From an uncultured Clostridia bacterium (lineage in GTDB: Bacteria; Bacillota; Clostridia; TANB77; CAG-508): a stretch of DNA of 64,000 bases. The stretch spans positions 150,959 through 214,958 of the forward strand of contig CAKPPF010000001.1 of NCBI GenBank assembly GCA_934177485.1. Reading direction: 5' to 3'. The position numbers were made by a program, and so were the translations under genes. Below, one piece after another: positions 48,799-59,357 of this stretch (position 1 is the stretch's first letter; every line of letters begins with the position of its first letter). The notes beneath the pieces are model-generated. The model searched no databases and was not told the DNA's origin. It worked only from the letters and a program-made list of their open reading frames with translations.

Positions 48799-48935
48799 AA
48801 AATGGCTTGCTTTCAATTACTTCCTAAATAATTTGAAAAAATTTCCAAAAAACTATTGCATTATATTATAAAACATAATATAATACAGAAATGTAAAATA
48901 TTTACAATTTTTTATAATTTTAGGGAGGAAATAAA

Positions 48936-49793
48936 GTGAAAGACAAAATTACAATTTTATTAGCAGATGACAATCCGGATTTTATCAATACTGTATCTGG
49001 GTACATTGAAGAAGATAACGAATTTGAAATAATTGCAATTGCAAGAGATGGAAAGGAAGCTGTTCAAATGATTTTGAACACAGAGCCAGATGTAGTACTA
49101 CTTGACGTAATAATGCCACACTTAGATGGAATAGGTGTGCTAGAAAAAATTAAAGAAGCAAAGATGAAGAAAAATCCACTTTGTATAATGCTATCAGCTG
49201 TTGGACAAGACAAAATAACACAAAGGGCTTTAGAGTTGGGAGCTGAATATTACGCAATTAAGCCATTTGATATACTTTTATTATTAAAGAGAATAAAAGA
49301 AATAAAATTATACGAACCAGCACAAGTAAAAAATAGTAATTTTAATAATTATAATATAAATGGAAATATAAACAATTATTCAAATAGAGAAATAAAAGTA
49401 CCATACATAGAAATTTCACCAGAAAAGAAAAAAGACGAAGAAAACCTAGAAGCATTAGTAACTAATGTAATTCATGAAGTTGGAGTACCAGCACATATTA
49501 AAGGTTATCAATATCTAAGAGAAGCAATAATGATGGTTGTAAACAATATTGATATAATAAATCAAATCACAAAGCAATTGTATCCAGACATAGCAGTAAA
49601 ATATCATACAACACCAAGTAGAGTTGAAAGAGCAATCCGTCATGCAATAGAAGTAGCGTGGGCAAGAGGACAAGCTGAAACAGTAGAAAACATATTTGGG
49701 TATACAATATCAGCAGCAAAAGGAAAGCCTACAAATTCTGAGTTCATTGCGATGATAGCTGATAAATTAAGACTAGAACTAAAAACAGCATAA
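48936..49793 (+). CDS. spo0A: Sporulation master regulator Spo0A
   Basis: Receiver domain (LLADDN...[14 protein letters not shown]) plus the Spo0A C-terminal DNA-binding signature [19 protein letters not shown]...[17 protein letters not shown]. Confidence 0.95.
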   Translation: MKDKITILLADDNPDFINTVSGYIEEDNEFEIIAIARDGKEAVQMILNTEPDVVLLDVIMPHLDGIGVLEKIKEAKMKKNPLCIMLSAVGQDKITQRALELGAEYYAIKPFDILLLLKRIKEIKLYEPAQVKNSNFNNYNINGNINNYSNREIKVPYIEISPEKKKDEENLEALVTNVIHEVGVPAHIKGYQYLREAIMMVVNNIDIINQITKQLYPDIAVKYHTTPSRVERAIRHAIEVAWARGQAETVENIFGYTISAAKGKPTNSEFIAMIADKLRLELKTA

Positions 49794-49811
49794 AAAGTAA
49801 TATAATTATAC

Positions 49812-49850
49812 AAAACAACTGTTAGATATCACTTTTCTAACAGTTGTTTT
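49812..49850 (+). terminator. Rho-independent terminator after spo0A
   Basis: 15-bp stem AAAACAACTGTTAGA/TCTAACAGTTGTTTT. Confidence 0.8.
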
Positions 49851-49872
49851 ATAATATACTATAATCGCTATT

Positions 49873-49931
49873 GCCTTTAAGATTTTCTCATTACATTCGA
49901 AAATTTAAATTGGCGAAAACACGCTTGTTCT
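49873..49931 (+). repeat. Intergenic repeat module (CCTTTAAGATTTTCTC..TCGAAAATTTAAAT..)
   Basis: Aligns with 31845..31921. Confidence 0.55.
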
Positions 49932-50432
49932 TTAAAATCTGTTTTTAAGTATAAAAATCCATAATATAATCATTAAAACACTTGCAATAATTGATATAAT
50001 AGTCCAGTTTTTTTCTGTTCTATTATTTTTATCAGCTAATTGTATAATTCCATATATAAGACCTAAAATACTAAATATAGCTAATGGATTTATTATTAAT
50101 GAAATACCTGTAAAAATTAAAGCAAGATTAGTCTGATGTGGTTGATTTTCATCAATAGTAGAATTTACTATTGGAGTACATTCATTGAATTTTTTTGGAT
50201 TGTTTGTATTGTTTTTTCCTAAATTTAAATGTACATTTTTATTATTCGAACGCACATATTGTTTATATAGTTTAATTGATATTGCTATAATTCCAAGAAT
50301 AAAATATATTATCAATATTAAATTGATATATTCAATAGTAAATAAAATAACCTTAAAATAAGGCATGAATGTTTTAAAAAATAATTTTATAAATTTAATT
50401 GATAATATAAAAATTATTGAATCTAAATTCAT
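49932..50432 (-). CDS. Hypothetical polytopic membrane protein
   Basis: Four hydrophobic segments; no recognisable motif. Confidence 0.4.
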   Translation of the reverse strand: MNLDSIIFILSIKFIKLFFKTFMPYFKVILFTIEYINLILIIYFILGIIAISIKLYKQYVRSNNKNVHLNLGKNNTNNPKKFNECTPIVNSTIDENQPHQTNLALIFTGISLIINPLAIFSILGLIYGIIQLADKNNRTEKNWTIISIIASVLMIILWIFILKNRF

Positions 50433-50461
50433 TGCAAAATTCTCCTTTTAATTGCATATTG

Positions 50462-51121
50462 TTAGTTAATTTTAAATATAACTTTTTCGCTTGTCCAAAC
50501 ATTTAATTCGTATTCAAGTGTAATTTCTGTAGCGTTTTTTGGCACTTCAAAGTATACATTACCTTTTGTTTTCTTACCTGTTGATAATGAAGATGAATTT
50601 AAAGCATTATCATCTACAGAATAAAAAGCATCACAATCATATCCATCAGCATAGCAGTTAAAATGATAGCTAGCTATGTATTTATCATTTGGTGATAGGT
50701 TTTCAAATTCAAAAGATGCTTGTATTACTTTGTAACCATCTTTTATATTTGCATATTTACTATAATTTTTAAAATTATCATTCTTTGACACAAATTTTAT
50801 AGCTAAAGACCTGTCTTGGTATACGTCTCCAACATTATATACTGTTTTTATATTAGACTGTGATGGCTCTGTTGAAGTTTCAATATTTGTAGCAGAAGTC
50901 AATGTAGAATTTGTTTGTGGCATTTCAGAAGCAACTAATATCATAAAAGCTAAAATAGAAAAAACAAGCCCTGCAATCCCAACTTTTTTACTTTTTTGCT
51001 TTGATATAGCAGTTATTCCTAATACGATAGATATAATTCCCAATATAAGTGATAAATCAACAAATAATGTAGGTGACATTAAGAAACTTAATATACCTAA
51101 AATTAATGAAGCTGTTCCCAT
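50462..51121 (-). CDS. Membrane-anchored DUF4352-like extracellular protein
   Basis: Start moved to MGTASLILG.. (AAAGGAGG RBS). Two TM helices followed by a beta-rich domain (..SFEFENLS..NCYADGY..KGNVYFEVPK..). Confidence 0.5.
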   Translation of the reverse strand: MGTASLILGILSFLMSPTLFVDLSLILGIISIVLGITAISKQKSKKVGIAGLVFSILAFMILVASEMPQTNSTLTSATNIETSTEPSQSNIKTVYNVGDVYQDRSLAIKFVSKNDNFKNYSKYANIKDGYKVIQASFEFENLSPNDKYIASYHFNCYADGYDCDAFYSVDDNALNSSSLSTGKKTKGNVYFEVPKNATEITLEYELNVWTSEKVIFKIN

Positions 51122-51243
51122 TTTTATTCCTCCTTTATTTGAATATTTAACTTTATTATACACAAAATATAACCGTAATGCAACTATAATAGTTATATTT
51201 TTTGGTTAAACTATTATGGTAGCATAATAATGAGGTGTTAATA

Positions 51244-51429
51244 ATGTTTAAAGTAACCAAAATAGAGAAGATAAACAAAACAAAAGCTAATATTCCAATG
51301 ACAGTTAGATTCCCTGAAGAAATATATAATGAATATAAAAAAATTTCTGAAGAAAGCAATCAAAGCTTTAACAGTATTGTTATATCGGCACTTAGATATG
51401 CTTTAGAAAATTTAGAAAATGAAAAATAG
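51244..51429 (+). CDS. Ribbon-helix-helix (Arc/CopG-like) DNA-binding protein
   Basis: ..KANIPMTVRFPEEIYNEYKKISEESNQSFNSIVISALRYALENL.. fits a beta-strand plus two helices. ATG 51244 follows GAGGTG; divergent from the 50462 gene. Confidence 0.5.
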   Translation: MFKVTKIEKINKTKANIPMTVRFPEEIYNEYKKISEESNQSFNSIVISALRYALENLENEK

Positions 51430-51747
51430 TCTAAAAAAATGAGACTTATGGTAGAAATACAATCATTAATTTTAAAAAAATAATACATTAATTAGTTGAA
51501 GTAACTAGCATGGCAGAGTATTAACTGTAATTTAAAGAAAAATTAAAGTATTCGTTTAACTTTAATAAATAATATTTGTTAACATATTTTACATATGTTA
51601 TAAATTAAATTATATTTTTCTAATAATTTTTTAAACCATATAATTAAGTGACTAACAAGAGACAGTAAATTATAAGCAAAAAAATATTGACTTAAATGAA
51701 AAATCTATATAAAATATATATAGATTTTTGAAAGGAATGAAATTGTT

Positions 51748-52209
51748 ATGGAAAAAGTTAGAGGATTTGAAATTGCAAAAGGATTTGAAGAAAAAGGAAT
51801 TAATTTACCAGTAAGAAAAACAAAGTATTCAGCTGGATATGATATAGAAGCAGCAGAAGACTGCATTGTTCCAGCATTTAAACCAGGAATAGCACCAACT
51901 CTTGTAAAAACAGGATTAAAATCATATATGGGTGAAGGAGAATATTTAATGCTTTGTAATAGAAGCTCTAACCCAAAGAAAAAAGGATTAGTTTTAGCTA
52001 ATGGTGTAGGAATTGTAGATGCTGACTATTATGAGAATCCAGATAATGATGGGCATATAATGTTTGCATTTTTTAATATAAAAGATGAAGATATTGAAAT
52101 AAAAAAGGGAGATGCAATAGGACAAGGAATATTTCAAAAATATTATTCAGTAGATAATGATAACGCACAAGGAGAAAGATTAGGAGGATTTGGATCTACT
52201 AGTAAGTAG
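51748..52209 (+). CDS. dut: dUTP diphosphatase
   Basis: Motifs KYSAGYDI, GIVDADYY, RLGGFGSTS. Confidence 0.85.
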   Translation: MEKVRGFEIAKGFEEKGINLPVRKTKYSAGYDIEAAEDCIVPAFKPGIAPTLVKTGLKSYMGEGEYLMLCNRSSNPKKKGLVLANGVGIVDADYYENPDNDGHIMFAFFNIKDEDIEIKKGDAIGQGIFQKYYSVDNDNAQGERLGGFGSTSK

Positions 52210-52242
52210 AGAATAAATAAGAAAAATTTAAAAGTTTTCTTT

Positions 52243-52306
52243 GATTTGTTCTCGTCCAATTTGAGTTTTCGACTAAAGGGATAAAACTCTCAAAGGGCTA
52301 GCGATT
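52243..52306 (-). repeat. Intergenic repeat module, reverse orientation
   Basis: Reverse complement aligns with 31850..31900 (..TCGAAAACTCAAATTGGACGAGAAC..). Confidence 0.55.
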
Positions 52307-52331
52307 GCAACTTTTAAAATGAGGAAAATAT

Positions 52332-53132
52332 ATGGACAAACAAAAAGTGTTAAAAAAATACTCCAAAGCAGAAGATGAACTTTTAATTTCTAAAATGATT
52401 GATAAAATGGAAGTAGCTATATCTAAAAACAGAATAGCATATACAGATTTTTTAGATTTATATCAAAGACATTTATTAGAAAAAATATTAATACAAGAAA
52501 GAGTTAATAATTATTTTATATATGGTGGCATAGAAAATGCAGAAAGATGTATAATAGTATTTTTCCCTGAAAAATTATCTGAAATAATAAGTAAAGAAAA
52601 TATTTCTCAAATTGCATGTATAAGAATAAAACTTCCAAAAGAAATGTACAATAAATATACACATAGAGATTATTTAGGGGGACTTATAAAACTAGGAGTA
52701 AAAAGAGAAAAAATTGGAGATATTTTAGTTTTTGAAGATGAAGCGGATATTGTTATTTTAAATGAAATTTCAAAATTCTTATTGAGTAATCTGAATTCCT
52801 TAACAAGATTTGGAAAGGCTAATATTGAGCTAATAAATATAGGTGAGATTAGAAATAAGGATATAAAAAAGGAAAAATTTAATATAATTGTACCATCTAT
52901 GAGACTAGACTGCATAGTAGCTGAAATATTAAACACATCAAGATGTAAGGCAGAGGAAATAATTAGCGATAGAAGAATCTTTATAAATTTTGAAAATGTT
53001 GAAAAACAAACAAAGCAAATAAAAGAAAATGATATTATAACTGTAAGAGGAAAAGGAAGATTTGAGATAGAATCAATAGATGGAACTACAAAAAATAATA
53101 GGATAAAGCTGACAGTTAATAAATTTGTATAA
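52332..53132 (+). CDS. YlmH-like RNA-binding protein (S4 domain)
   Basis: Length and layout of YlmH; C-terminal S4-like segment MRLDCIVAEILNTSRCKAEEII... Confidence 0.6.
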   Translation: MDKQKVLKKYSKAEDELLISKMIDKMEVAISKNRIAYTDFLDLYQRHLLEKILIQERVNNYFIYGGIENAERCIIVFFPEKLSEIISKENISQIACIRIKLPKEMYNKYTHRDYLGGLIKLGVKREKIGDILVFEDEADIVILNEISKFLLSNLNSLTRFGKANIELINIGEIRNKDIKKEKFNIIVPSMRLDCIVAEILNTSRCKAEEIISDRRIFINFENVEKQTKQIKENDIITVRGKGRFEIESIDGTTKNNRIKLTVNKFV

Positions 53133-53143
53133 AGGAGAACAAT

Positions 53144-53380
53144 ATGCGTATAGATAAGTTTCTAAAGGTATCCAGAGTTATAAAAAGAAGAACAGTTGCA
53201 AACGATGCAGCTGATGGTGGCAGAATAAGTGTAAATGGAAGAGTTGTAAAGCCAAGTTATGAAGTAAAAATAGGAGATATTATTGAAATAAAATTTGGAG
53301 ATAAAACTTCTAAATTTGAAGTGATAAATGTTCCAGATAAAGTTGGAAAAGACATGCAAGAATTAATTAAAATATTGTAG
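53144..53380 (+). CDS. S4-domain RNA-binding protein (YabO/Hsp15-like)
   Basis: MRIDKFLKVSRVIKRRTVANDAADGGRISVNGRVVKPSYEVKIGDIIEI is an S4 fold signature. Confidence 0.75.
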   Translation: MRIDKFLKVSRVIKRRTVANDAADGGRISVNGRVVKPSYEVKIGDIIEIKFGDKTSKFEVINVPDKVGKDMQELIKIL

Positions 53381-53410
53381 GAATAAATTTAATAACTTTG
53401 AATATAAATT

Positions 53411-53436
53411 AAAAGCACATTTAAATATGTGCTTTT
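53411..53436 (+). terminator. Rho-independent terminator
   Basis: AAAAGCACAT-loop-ATGTGCTTTT. Confidence 0.75.
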
Positions 53437-53545
53437 ATCATTGTATGAGCAGAAAGGGTAGGCACAAGACATATCACTACGTGCTTACAAAAAGTGATAT
53501 GTTTATATATGAGGAAACAATATTTAACAGAAAGGTATTAAAAAT

Positions 53546-53734
53546 ATGTTTTATGTTCTAAATAAAAATAAAATTATGTCATATACAATTGCATCTTTTA
53601 TAGTACTTGCATTATTTGCTTTTTCTACAGCAATTATACCGAATGAAGATGTATCAGTAATGAAAGTTTCATCAAATATAATTAATGAATCAAATGAAAA
53701 CGTTATGGAAGATTTTAATAAAAAAGACAAATAA
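53546..53734 (+). CDS. Small membrane protein, hypothetical
   Basis: One TM helix (YTIASFIVLALFAFSTAII). Weak evidence. Confidence 0.3.
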   Translation: MFYVLNKNKIMSYTIASFIVLALFAFSTAIIPNEDVSVMKVSSNIINESNENVMEDFNKKDK

Positions 53735-53908
53735 ACCTAAAAAATGGCTTTAAATTAATGAAAAAAATAACATTTTTAACTTTTTATGTAGACAAATCCA
53801 AAAAAAGGTAGTATAATAGATAATGACGATACAAAAGTTTGCATAAAAATATGCTTTATGAATAAAATACATTAGAAAAAATTATAAGTATATTAGGGAG
53901 GAATAAAA

Positions 53909-54598
53909 TTGGATACAAATTATTCAGATAACAACCATTTAGTATTAGTGGGAAAGGTAACAAGTGAAAAAAGATTTAGTCATGAAACATATGGAGAAAA
54001 ATTTTACATATTTGACATGGAAGTTTCACGTTTAAGTGATACAACAGATATAATACCTATTACAGTATCAGAAAGAATTATAGATGATGAATTACTAACA
54101 ATAGGAAATAAGCTAATTGTAAGAGGACAATTTAGATCTTATAATAGCTACGAAAATGAAAAAAGTAGATTAAAATTAACAGTTTTTGCTAAAGATATTC
54201 TTACTGAGGATAAACTTAGTGAAGAAGAATTAGAAGAAGTAAAAAGAACTTCAAATGAGGTTAGTTTAATTGGTTATATTTGTAAACCACCAATATATAG
54301 ACAAACACCATTTGGAAGAGAAATTGCAGATATCTTATTAGCAGTAAACAGAGCATATAATAAATCAGATTACATACCTTCAATTGCATGGGGAAGAAAT
54401 GCAAGATTTTGCCAAAACTTAGCAACAGGAACTGAAGTTAAAATTGTTGGTAGAGTTCAATCTAGAAATTATGAGAAAAAATATGAAGATGGAACAATAG
54501 AAAATAAAGTAGCTTATGAAGTATCAATATCAAGTCTTCAAGTTATTAATGAAGATGATAATACTGAAAAGAGCGAAAATATGGAAGAGGCAGTTTAA
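53909..54598 (+). CDS. Tandem OB-fold single-stranded-DNA-binding-like protein
   Basis: Two SSB-like halves: LVLVGKVTSEKRF...LIVRGQFRSYN...LKLTVFA and VSLIGYICKPPIYRQTPFGREIADILLAV...VKIVGRVQSRNYE...AYEVSI. Acidic tail. TTG start after GGGAGG. Confidence 0.55.
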   Translation: MDTNYSDNNHLVLVGKVTSEKRFSHETYGEKFYIFDMEVSRLSDTTDIIPITVSERIIDDELLTIGNKLIVRGQFRSYNSYENEKSRLKLTVFAKDILTEDKLSEEELEEVKRTSNEVSLIGYICKPPIYRQTPFGREIADILLAVNRAYNKSDYIPSIAWGRNARFCQNLATGTEVKIVGRVQSRNYEKKYEDGTIENKVAYEVSISSLQVINEDDNTEKSENMEEAV

Positions 54599-54632
54599 GA
54601 AAGCATACTTTCTAAATTATAAATATATATAT

Positions 54633-54668
54633 CGAAAAAGACTAAGTTTAAACCTTAGTCTTTTTTCG
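54633..54668. terminator. Bidirectional terminator between convergent genes
   Basis: CGAAAAAGACTAAG-TTTAAAC-CTTAGTCTTTTTTCG. Confidence 0.75.
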
Positions 54669-54843
54669 TTTCTTCTTTTTTTTCATTATTATCTTTAGAT
54701 TTTGGAATAACAATTACCTGTTTTTTTTCATCTGAGTCTATAATTTTAGGTTTTGCAATATTTAAATGAGTTGAAACATCAGATATTTCTAAATCTTTTC
54801 CGTTACCAGAAACTACTTCTATTTTTTTGTTTTCATCACTCAT
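54655..54843 (-). CDS. Small hydrophilic protein, hypothetical
   Basis: 62 aa, Lys/Glu/Asp-rich; GGTG-type RBS. Confidence 0.35.
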   Translation of the reverse strand: MSDENKKIEVVSGNGKDLEISDVSTHLNIAKPKIIDSDEKKQVIVIPKSKDNNEKKEETKKD

Positions 54844-55020
54844 AAATTCACCTCTTAATTAGTATATTATTATATTATCATAACAAAAAATAAAAAACAA
54901 GACATAAAAAAATATTACTTTAAACATGTTACTAGCTAAGGGGTTATTTAAAATTAACTGATATCAATACTTGGTAGGAACAAGACCTACTCCTACAGAA
55001 AAAATAATTAATATAGTGTG

Positions 55021-55049
55021 TAGAGGGCAGGTTTTATGACTGCCCGAAA
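55021..55049 (+). repeat. GGGCAGG hairpin repeat (TAGAGGGCAGGTTTTATGACTGCCCGAAA)
   Basis: Same family. A reverse variant lies at 54973..54997. Confidence 0.65.
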
Positions 55050-55162
55050 CATAATAACCAAAAGTGGTCTGACCATTTTGTTTTCTTAGCATATAAATTA
55101 ATTTGACTATTTGCTAAAAATAATATAAAATAGTATATATTATTTTAGAGGAAAGTATAATA

Positions 55163-55807
55163 ATGGAAATAGAAAAAATTAAACAAATAATTGAATCAAT
55201 AATGTTTGCAGTAGGAAGAGATATAAGTGTAAATGAACTTGCATCTGTTTTAGAGCTTGCACCAGAAAATATTGAGGAAATTATTGAAAGTATGAGAGTA
55301 GAGTTTGACGAAGCAGGAAGAGGAATACAAATAATTAAAGTTAATAATGGATATCAACTTTGTTCTAGAAAAGAAAATTATGAATATATATATCAAATTA
55401 TAGATAAAAGAAATAAGCCTAATTTGTCTCAAGCAGCTTTAGAAACACTTGCAATAATTGCATATAATCCTAAAATTACAAGAGCTGAAATTGAGTCAAT
55501 AAGAGGTGTTAATTCTGATGGAACAATATACAAATTATTAGAACATAATTTGATAGAAGATGTTGGACGTTTGGATGCACCAGGCAGACCAACAACATAT
55601 GCCACAACAAAAGAATTTTTAAGAATGTTTGGATATTCTTCTTTAGAAGAACTTCCAGAATTACCAAGATATAAATTAGACGAAAATCAACAAATAGTAA
55701 TAGATGATTTAGTAACTAATGAAGAGCCAAAAGAAGAAATAGACAATGAGGCTCCAATGCCCGAAAGGGAAGAAGAAAATAATAATGAAAACAATGAAAA
55801 TAATTAA
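55163..55807 (+). CDS. scpB: Segregation and condensation protein B
   Basis: IIESIMFAVGRDISVNEL...QAALETLAIIAYNPKITRAEIESIRGV are ScpB winged-helix signatures. Confidence 0.85.
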   Translation: MEIEKIKQIIESIMFAVGRDISVNELASVLELAPENIEEIIESMRVEFDEAGRGIQIIKVNNGYQLCSRKENYEYIYQIIDKRNKPNLSQAALETLAIIAYNPKITRAEIESIRGVNSDGTIYKLLEHNLIEDVGRLDAPGRPTTYATTKEFLRMFGYSSLEELPELPRYKLDENQQIVIDDLVTNEEPKEEIDNEAPMPEREEENNNENNENN

Positions 55808-55822
55808 TTGGAGGAAATAAAA

Positions 55823-57259
55823 ATGGAGAATAATGATTTTGTTAAAGAAATAACAAATATAGATGAAGATTTTGCACAATGGTATACAGATATAGTATTA
55901 AAAGCAGAGCTTGCAGATTATACAGATACAAAAGGATGCATTGCAATTAAACCATATGGTTATGCAATATGGGAAAACATTCAAAATTACACAGACAAGA
56001 AATTTAAGGAAACAGGAGTAGAAAATGTATATTTTCCTGTATTAATACCAGAAAGCTTATTACAAAAAGAAAAAGACCATGTAGAAGGCTTTGCACCAGA
56101 GGTTGCGTGGGTTACAGAAGCTGGTGGAGAAAAATTAGATGAAAGATTATGTATAAGACCAACATCTGAAACTATAATATCTACAATGTATTCAAAGTGG
56201 CTTAAATCTTGGAGAGATTTACCATTTGTATATAATCAATGGTGTAGTGTTTTAAGATGGGAAAAGGAAACAAGACCATTTTTAAGATCAAGAGAGTTTT
56301 TGTGGCAAGAAGGTCATACAATACATGAGACAGCAAAAGAAGCAAAAGAGAGAACAATGCAAATGTTAAATGTGTATGCAGATGTTGCAGAAAATTTACT
56401 TGCAATACCAGTTATAAAAGGAATAAAAACAGAAAGCGAGAAATTTGCTGGAGCTGAAGAAACATACACAATTGAAAGTATGATGCATGATGGAAGAGCT
56501 TTACAATCTGCAACTTCACATTACTTTGGGCAAAACTTTACTAAACCATTTGATATAAAATTCCAAAATAGAGATGGAAAAGAAGAATATGCTTATCAAA
56601 CTTCTTGGGGAAGTTCTACTAGATTAATTGGGGCATTAATTATGGCACATGGAGATAACAGAGGACTTAAATTACCACCAAGGGTTGCACCAGTCCAAGT
56701 GGTTATAGTACCAATTGCACAACATAAAGCAGGGGTATTAGATAAAGTTTATGAAATAAAGAATAGTTTATCAAGTGAATTTAGAATAAAAGTAGACGAT
56801 AGAGATAAATACTCACCAGGTTATAAATTTAATTATTGGGAAATGAAAGGTGTACCAATAAGACTAGAAATGGGACCAAGAGACATCGAAAATGGAGAAT
56901 GTATTTTAGTAAGAAGAGATACAGCAGAGAAAATTACAGTTAAATTGGATAATTTAAAAGAAGAAATAGGCAAAATGCTTGATAGCATTCACAACAATAT
57001 GTTTGAAGAATGTAAAACTAGACTAAAAGAAAAAACAACAGTTGCACTTGACTTGGATGAATTTAAGAATTCTATGGAAACAAATCAAGGATTTATAAAA
57101 GCTATGTGGTGTGGAGATGAAGAGTGCGAAAACAAAATAAGAGAAATTACAGGAGCTAAATCTAGATGTATGCCTTTTGAACAAGAAAAAATATCAGACA
57201 AATGTGTATGTTGTGGAAAACCAGCTGATAAAATGGTAGTTTGGGGAAAACAATATTAA
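55823..57259 (+). CDS. proS: Proline--tRNA ligase (archaeal/eukaryote-like short type)
   Basis: [30 protein letters not shown], class II motifs, C-terminal Cys cluster. ATG 55823 follows GGAGG (track start TTG 55808). Confidence 0.85.
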   Translation: MENNDFVKEITNIDEDFAQWYTDIVLKAELADYTDTKGCIAIKPYGYAIWENIQNYTDKKFKETGVENVYFPVLIPESLLQKEKDHVEGFAPEVAWVTEAGGEKLDERLCIRPTSETIISTMYSKWLKSWRDLPFVYNQWCSVLRWEKETRPFLRSREFLWQEGHTIHETAKEAKERTMQMLNVYADVAENLLAIPVIKGIKTESEKFAGAEETYTIESMMHDGRALQSATSHYFGQNFTKPFDIKFQNRDGKEEYAYQTSWGSSTRLIGALIMAHGDNRGLKLPPRVAPVQVVIVPIAQHKAGVLDKVYEIKNSLSSEFRIKVDDRDKYSPGYKFNYWEMKGVPIRLEMGPRDIENGECILVRRDTAEKITVKLDNLKEEIGKMLDSIHNNMFEECKTRLKEKTTVALDLDEFKNSMETNQGFIKAMWCGDEECENKIREITGAKSRCMPFEQEKISDKCVCCGKPADKMVVWGKQY

Positions 57260-57276
57260 AAAAAATAATAAAAACA

Positions 57277-57322
57277 AAAATCACTTCATAATATTAAATA
57301 GTATATATTATGAGGTGATTTT
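57277..57322 (+). promoter_or_regulatory. Terminator-like hairpin whose 3' arm is the nifS Shine-Dalgarno
   Basis: AAAATCACTTCATAATAT-N10-ATATTATGAGGTGATTTT: 18 bp with one G-U pair. ATG is 8 nt after GAGGTGA. Confidence 0.6.
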
Positions 57323-57326
57323 TACT

Positions 57327-58469
57327 ATGGAAAGATTAATCTATTTGGATCATGGAGCAACAACAAGAGTAGACGAAAGAGTATTAAATAAAATGATACC
57401 ATATTACAGTTTAAACTTTGGCAATCCATCTTCGGTTTATTTTATTGGAAGAAGAAATAAAAGAGTAATAGAAGAAGCAAGACAAAATGTCGCAAGTTGT
57501 CTTGGTGCAAAACAAAAAGAAATATATTTTACAAGCTGTGGAAGTGAAAGCGATAATTTAGCCTTAAAAGGTGTTGCATATGCAAATTCATCAAGAGGAA
57601 AACATATTATAACTTCCAAGATAGAACATTCTGCAATATTAAATACTTGTGCAACGCTAGAAAGACAAGGCTTTAAAGTATCATATCTAAATGTAGATTG
57701 TAACGGAGTGATTAATCTAGAAGAATTAGAAAATTCTATAACTCAAGATACTATCTTAATTAGTATAATGTTTGCTAATAATGAAATTGGAACAATTGAA
57801 CCAATAGAAAAAATAAGTCAAATTGCAAAAAAACATAATGTATATTTTCATACAGATGCGGTTCAAGCAGTTGGAAATGTAAGAATAAATGTAGACGAAT
57901 TAGGTATTGATTTACTATCTATGTCAGCTCATAAGTTTTATGGCCCCAAAGGAGTTGGAGCACTATATGTTAGAGATGGAATAAATTTTGAAAGAATACA
58001 AGATGGCGGAGGACAAGAAAAAGGCAAAAGAAGTGGAACAGAAAATGTTGCAGGAATAGTAGGACTATGTACAGCTATTCAATATGCCTATAAAGAGTTT
58101 GATTTCAATAATACTAAAGTTACAGCATTAAGAAATTATTTTATAAATAACTTAATAAAGCAGTTTAATAATGTAAAAATAAATGGAGATTTAAATAATA
58201 GATTACCTGGTAATGTTAATGTTTCTTTTGACGGAATTGATGGAGAACAATTGTTATTAAAATTAGATGAATACGGAATTTGTGCTTCTAGTGCATCGGC
58301 TTGCAGTACAGGAAGTAGTAAACCATCACATGTATTAACAGCAATTGGTTTAACTAAAGAACAAGCAGCAGGTACAGTAAGATTTACACTTGGAAAAGAA
58401 AACACACAAAGTGATATTGATTATACAATTAGAACAATTTTGAATACCACTTATAACAATAAAAAATAA
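57327..58469 (+). CDS. nifS: Cysteine desulfurase (NifS/IscS type)
   Basis: PLP lysine SAHKFYGPKG, catalytic loop SSASACSTGS. ATG 57327 preferred over GTG 57315. Confidence 0.85.
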   Translation: MERLIYLDHGATTRVDERVLNKMIPYYSLNFGNPSSVYFIGRRNKRVIEEARQNVASCLGAKQKEIYFTSCGSESDNLALKGVAYANSSRGKHIITSKIEHSAILNTCATLERQGFKVSYLNVDCNGVINLEELENSITQDTILISIMFANNEIGTIEPIEKISQIAKKHNVYFHTDAVQAVGNVRINVDELGIDLLSMSAHKFYGPKGVGALYVRDGINFERIQDGGGQEKGKRSGTENVAGIVGLCTAIQYAYKEFDFNNTKVTALRNYFINNLIKQFNNVKINGDLNNRLPGNVNVSFDGIDGEQLLLKLDEYGICASSASACSTGSSKPSHVLTAIGLTKEQAAGTVRFTLGKENTQSDIDYTIRTILNTTYNNKK

Positions 58470-58527
58470 AAAACTCTTTAAAATTAGTTAACATTATGCT
58501 ATAATATTAACTAGGGAGAAAATACAT

Positions 58528-59313
58528 ATGAATCAGATTTTAATTAGTGAAAAAGTATATGTAACACCAGAGCTAAAAAAGAAAAAGAAATTATACAAGT
58601 TTAACTTTGTAATTTCAATAATTCTTATAATAGCTCTATTTAGCTACTATGTTTATGCAGAATATGATAGAAGTGCATCAGATAAATCAGAAGAAATACT
58701 TTCACAATTATCAGTAGTTGAAGATAAAACAGTAGCAGATAAAACAATGAAAATCGAGGATAATGTATTAGTTGTGGTTTTAGACGATATTGAGGAAGAT
58801 GATACTGAAGAAGTTAATATAAATGAGTTAATAGAAGCAAATAAGAATGCAAGTTCAAAAATTGATACCAAAACATATAACACAAAAAATGGTGCTGCTT
58901 ATACTACAGTAGCAGTTGTTGAAATACCTAAAATTGATATTACATATCCTGTTATATATAGCAAAGATACAAGCGGTAAAGCTGTTGAAGATTTATTAAA
59001 AATATCTGTTGTTAAATATTGGGGACCTGAAGCAAATAAACCAGGAAATTTCTGTATAGTTGGACATAATTATCATAATAAAAGATTCTTTAGTAAAGCA
59101 TCAACTTTAGAAAATGGTGATAGTATATACTTAACTGATACTAATAACAAAACATTAGAATATAAAGTATATGCTAATTATGTAGTAGAACCAGAAGACT
59201 TAAAATGTACTAGTCAATTGACAAATGGTGGAACTGAATTAACTTTAATAACTTGTACAATGACAGGTAAACAAAGAACAATTATAAAAGCGAAAGCTGT
59301 AAATGTAAAATAA
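58528..59313 (+). CDS. Sortase-family transpeptidase
   Basis: N-terminal TM helix, His box FCIVGHN, catalytic TLITC, downstream Arg (KQRTII). Confidence 0.8.
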   Translation: MNQILISEKVYVTPELKKKKKLYKFNFVISIILIIALFSYYVYAEYDRSASDKSEEILSQLSVVEDKTVADKTMKIEDNVLVVVLDDIEEDDTEEVNINELIEANKNASSKIDTKTYNTKNGAAYTTVAVVEIPKIDITYPVIYSKDTSGKAVEDLLKISVVKYWGPEANKPGNFCIVGHNYHNKRFFSKASTLENGDSIYLTDTNNKTLEYKVYANYVVEPEDLKCTSQLTNGGTELTLITCTMTGKQRTIIKAKAVNVK

Positions 59314-59357
59314 ATATAAATTGGTAAATTAATGTAAATTAATCACTTTAATTGAAA

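Noticed and set aside
24331-55049. GGGCAGG hairpins as a CRISPR array.
   Set aside because: Copies are kilobases apart, irregularly spaced, in both orientations and separated by genes. No cas genes are present.
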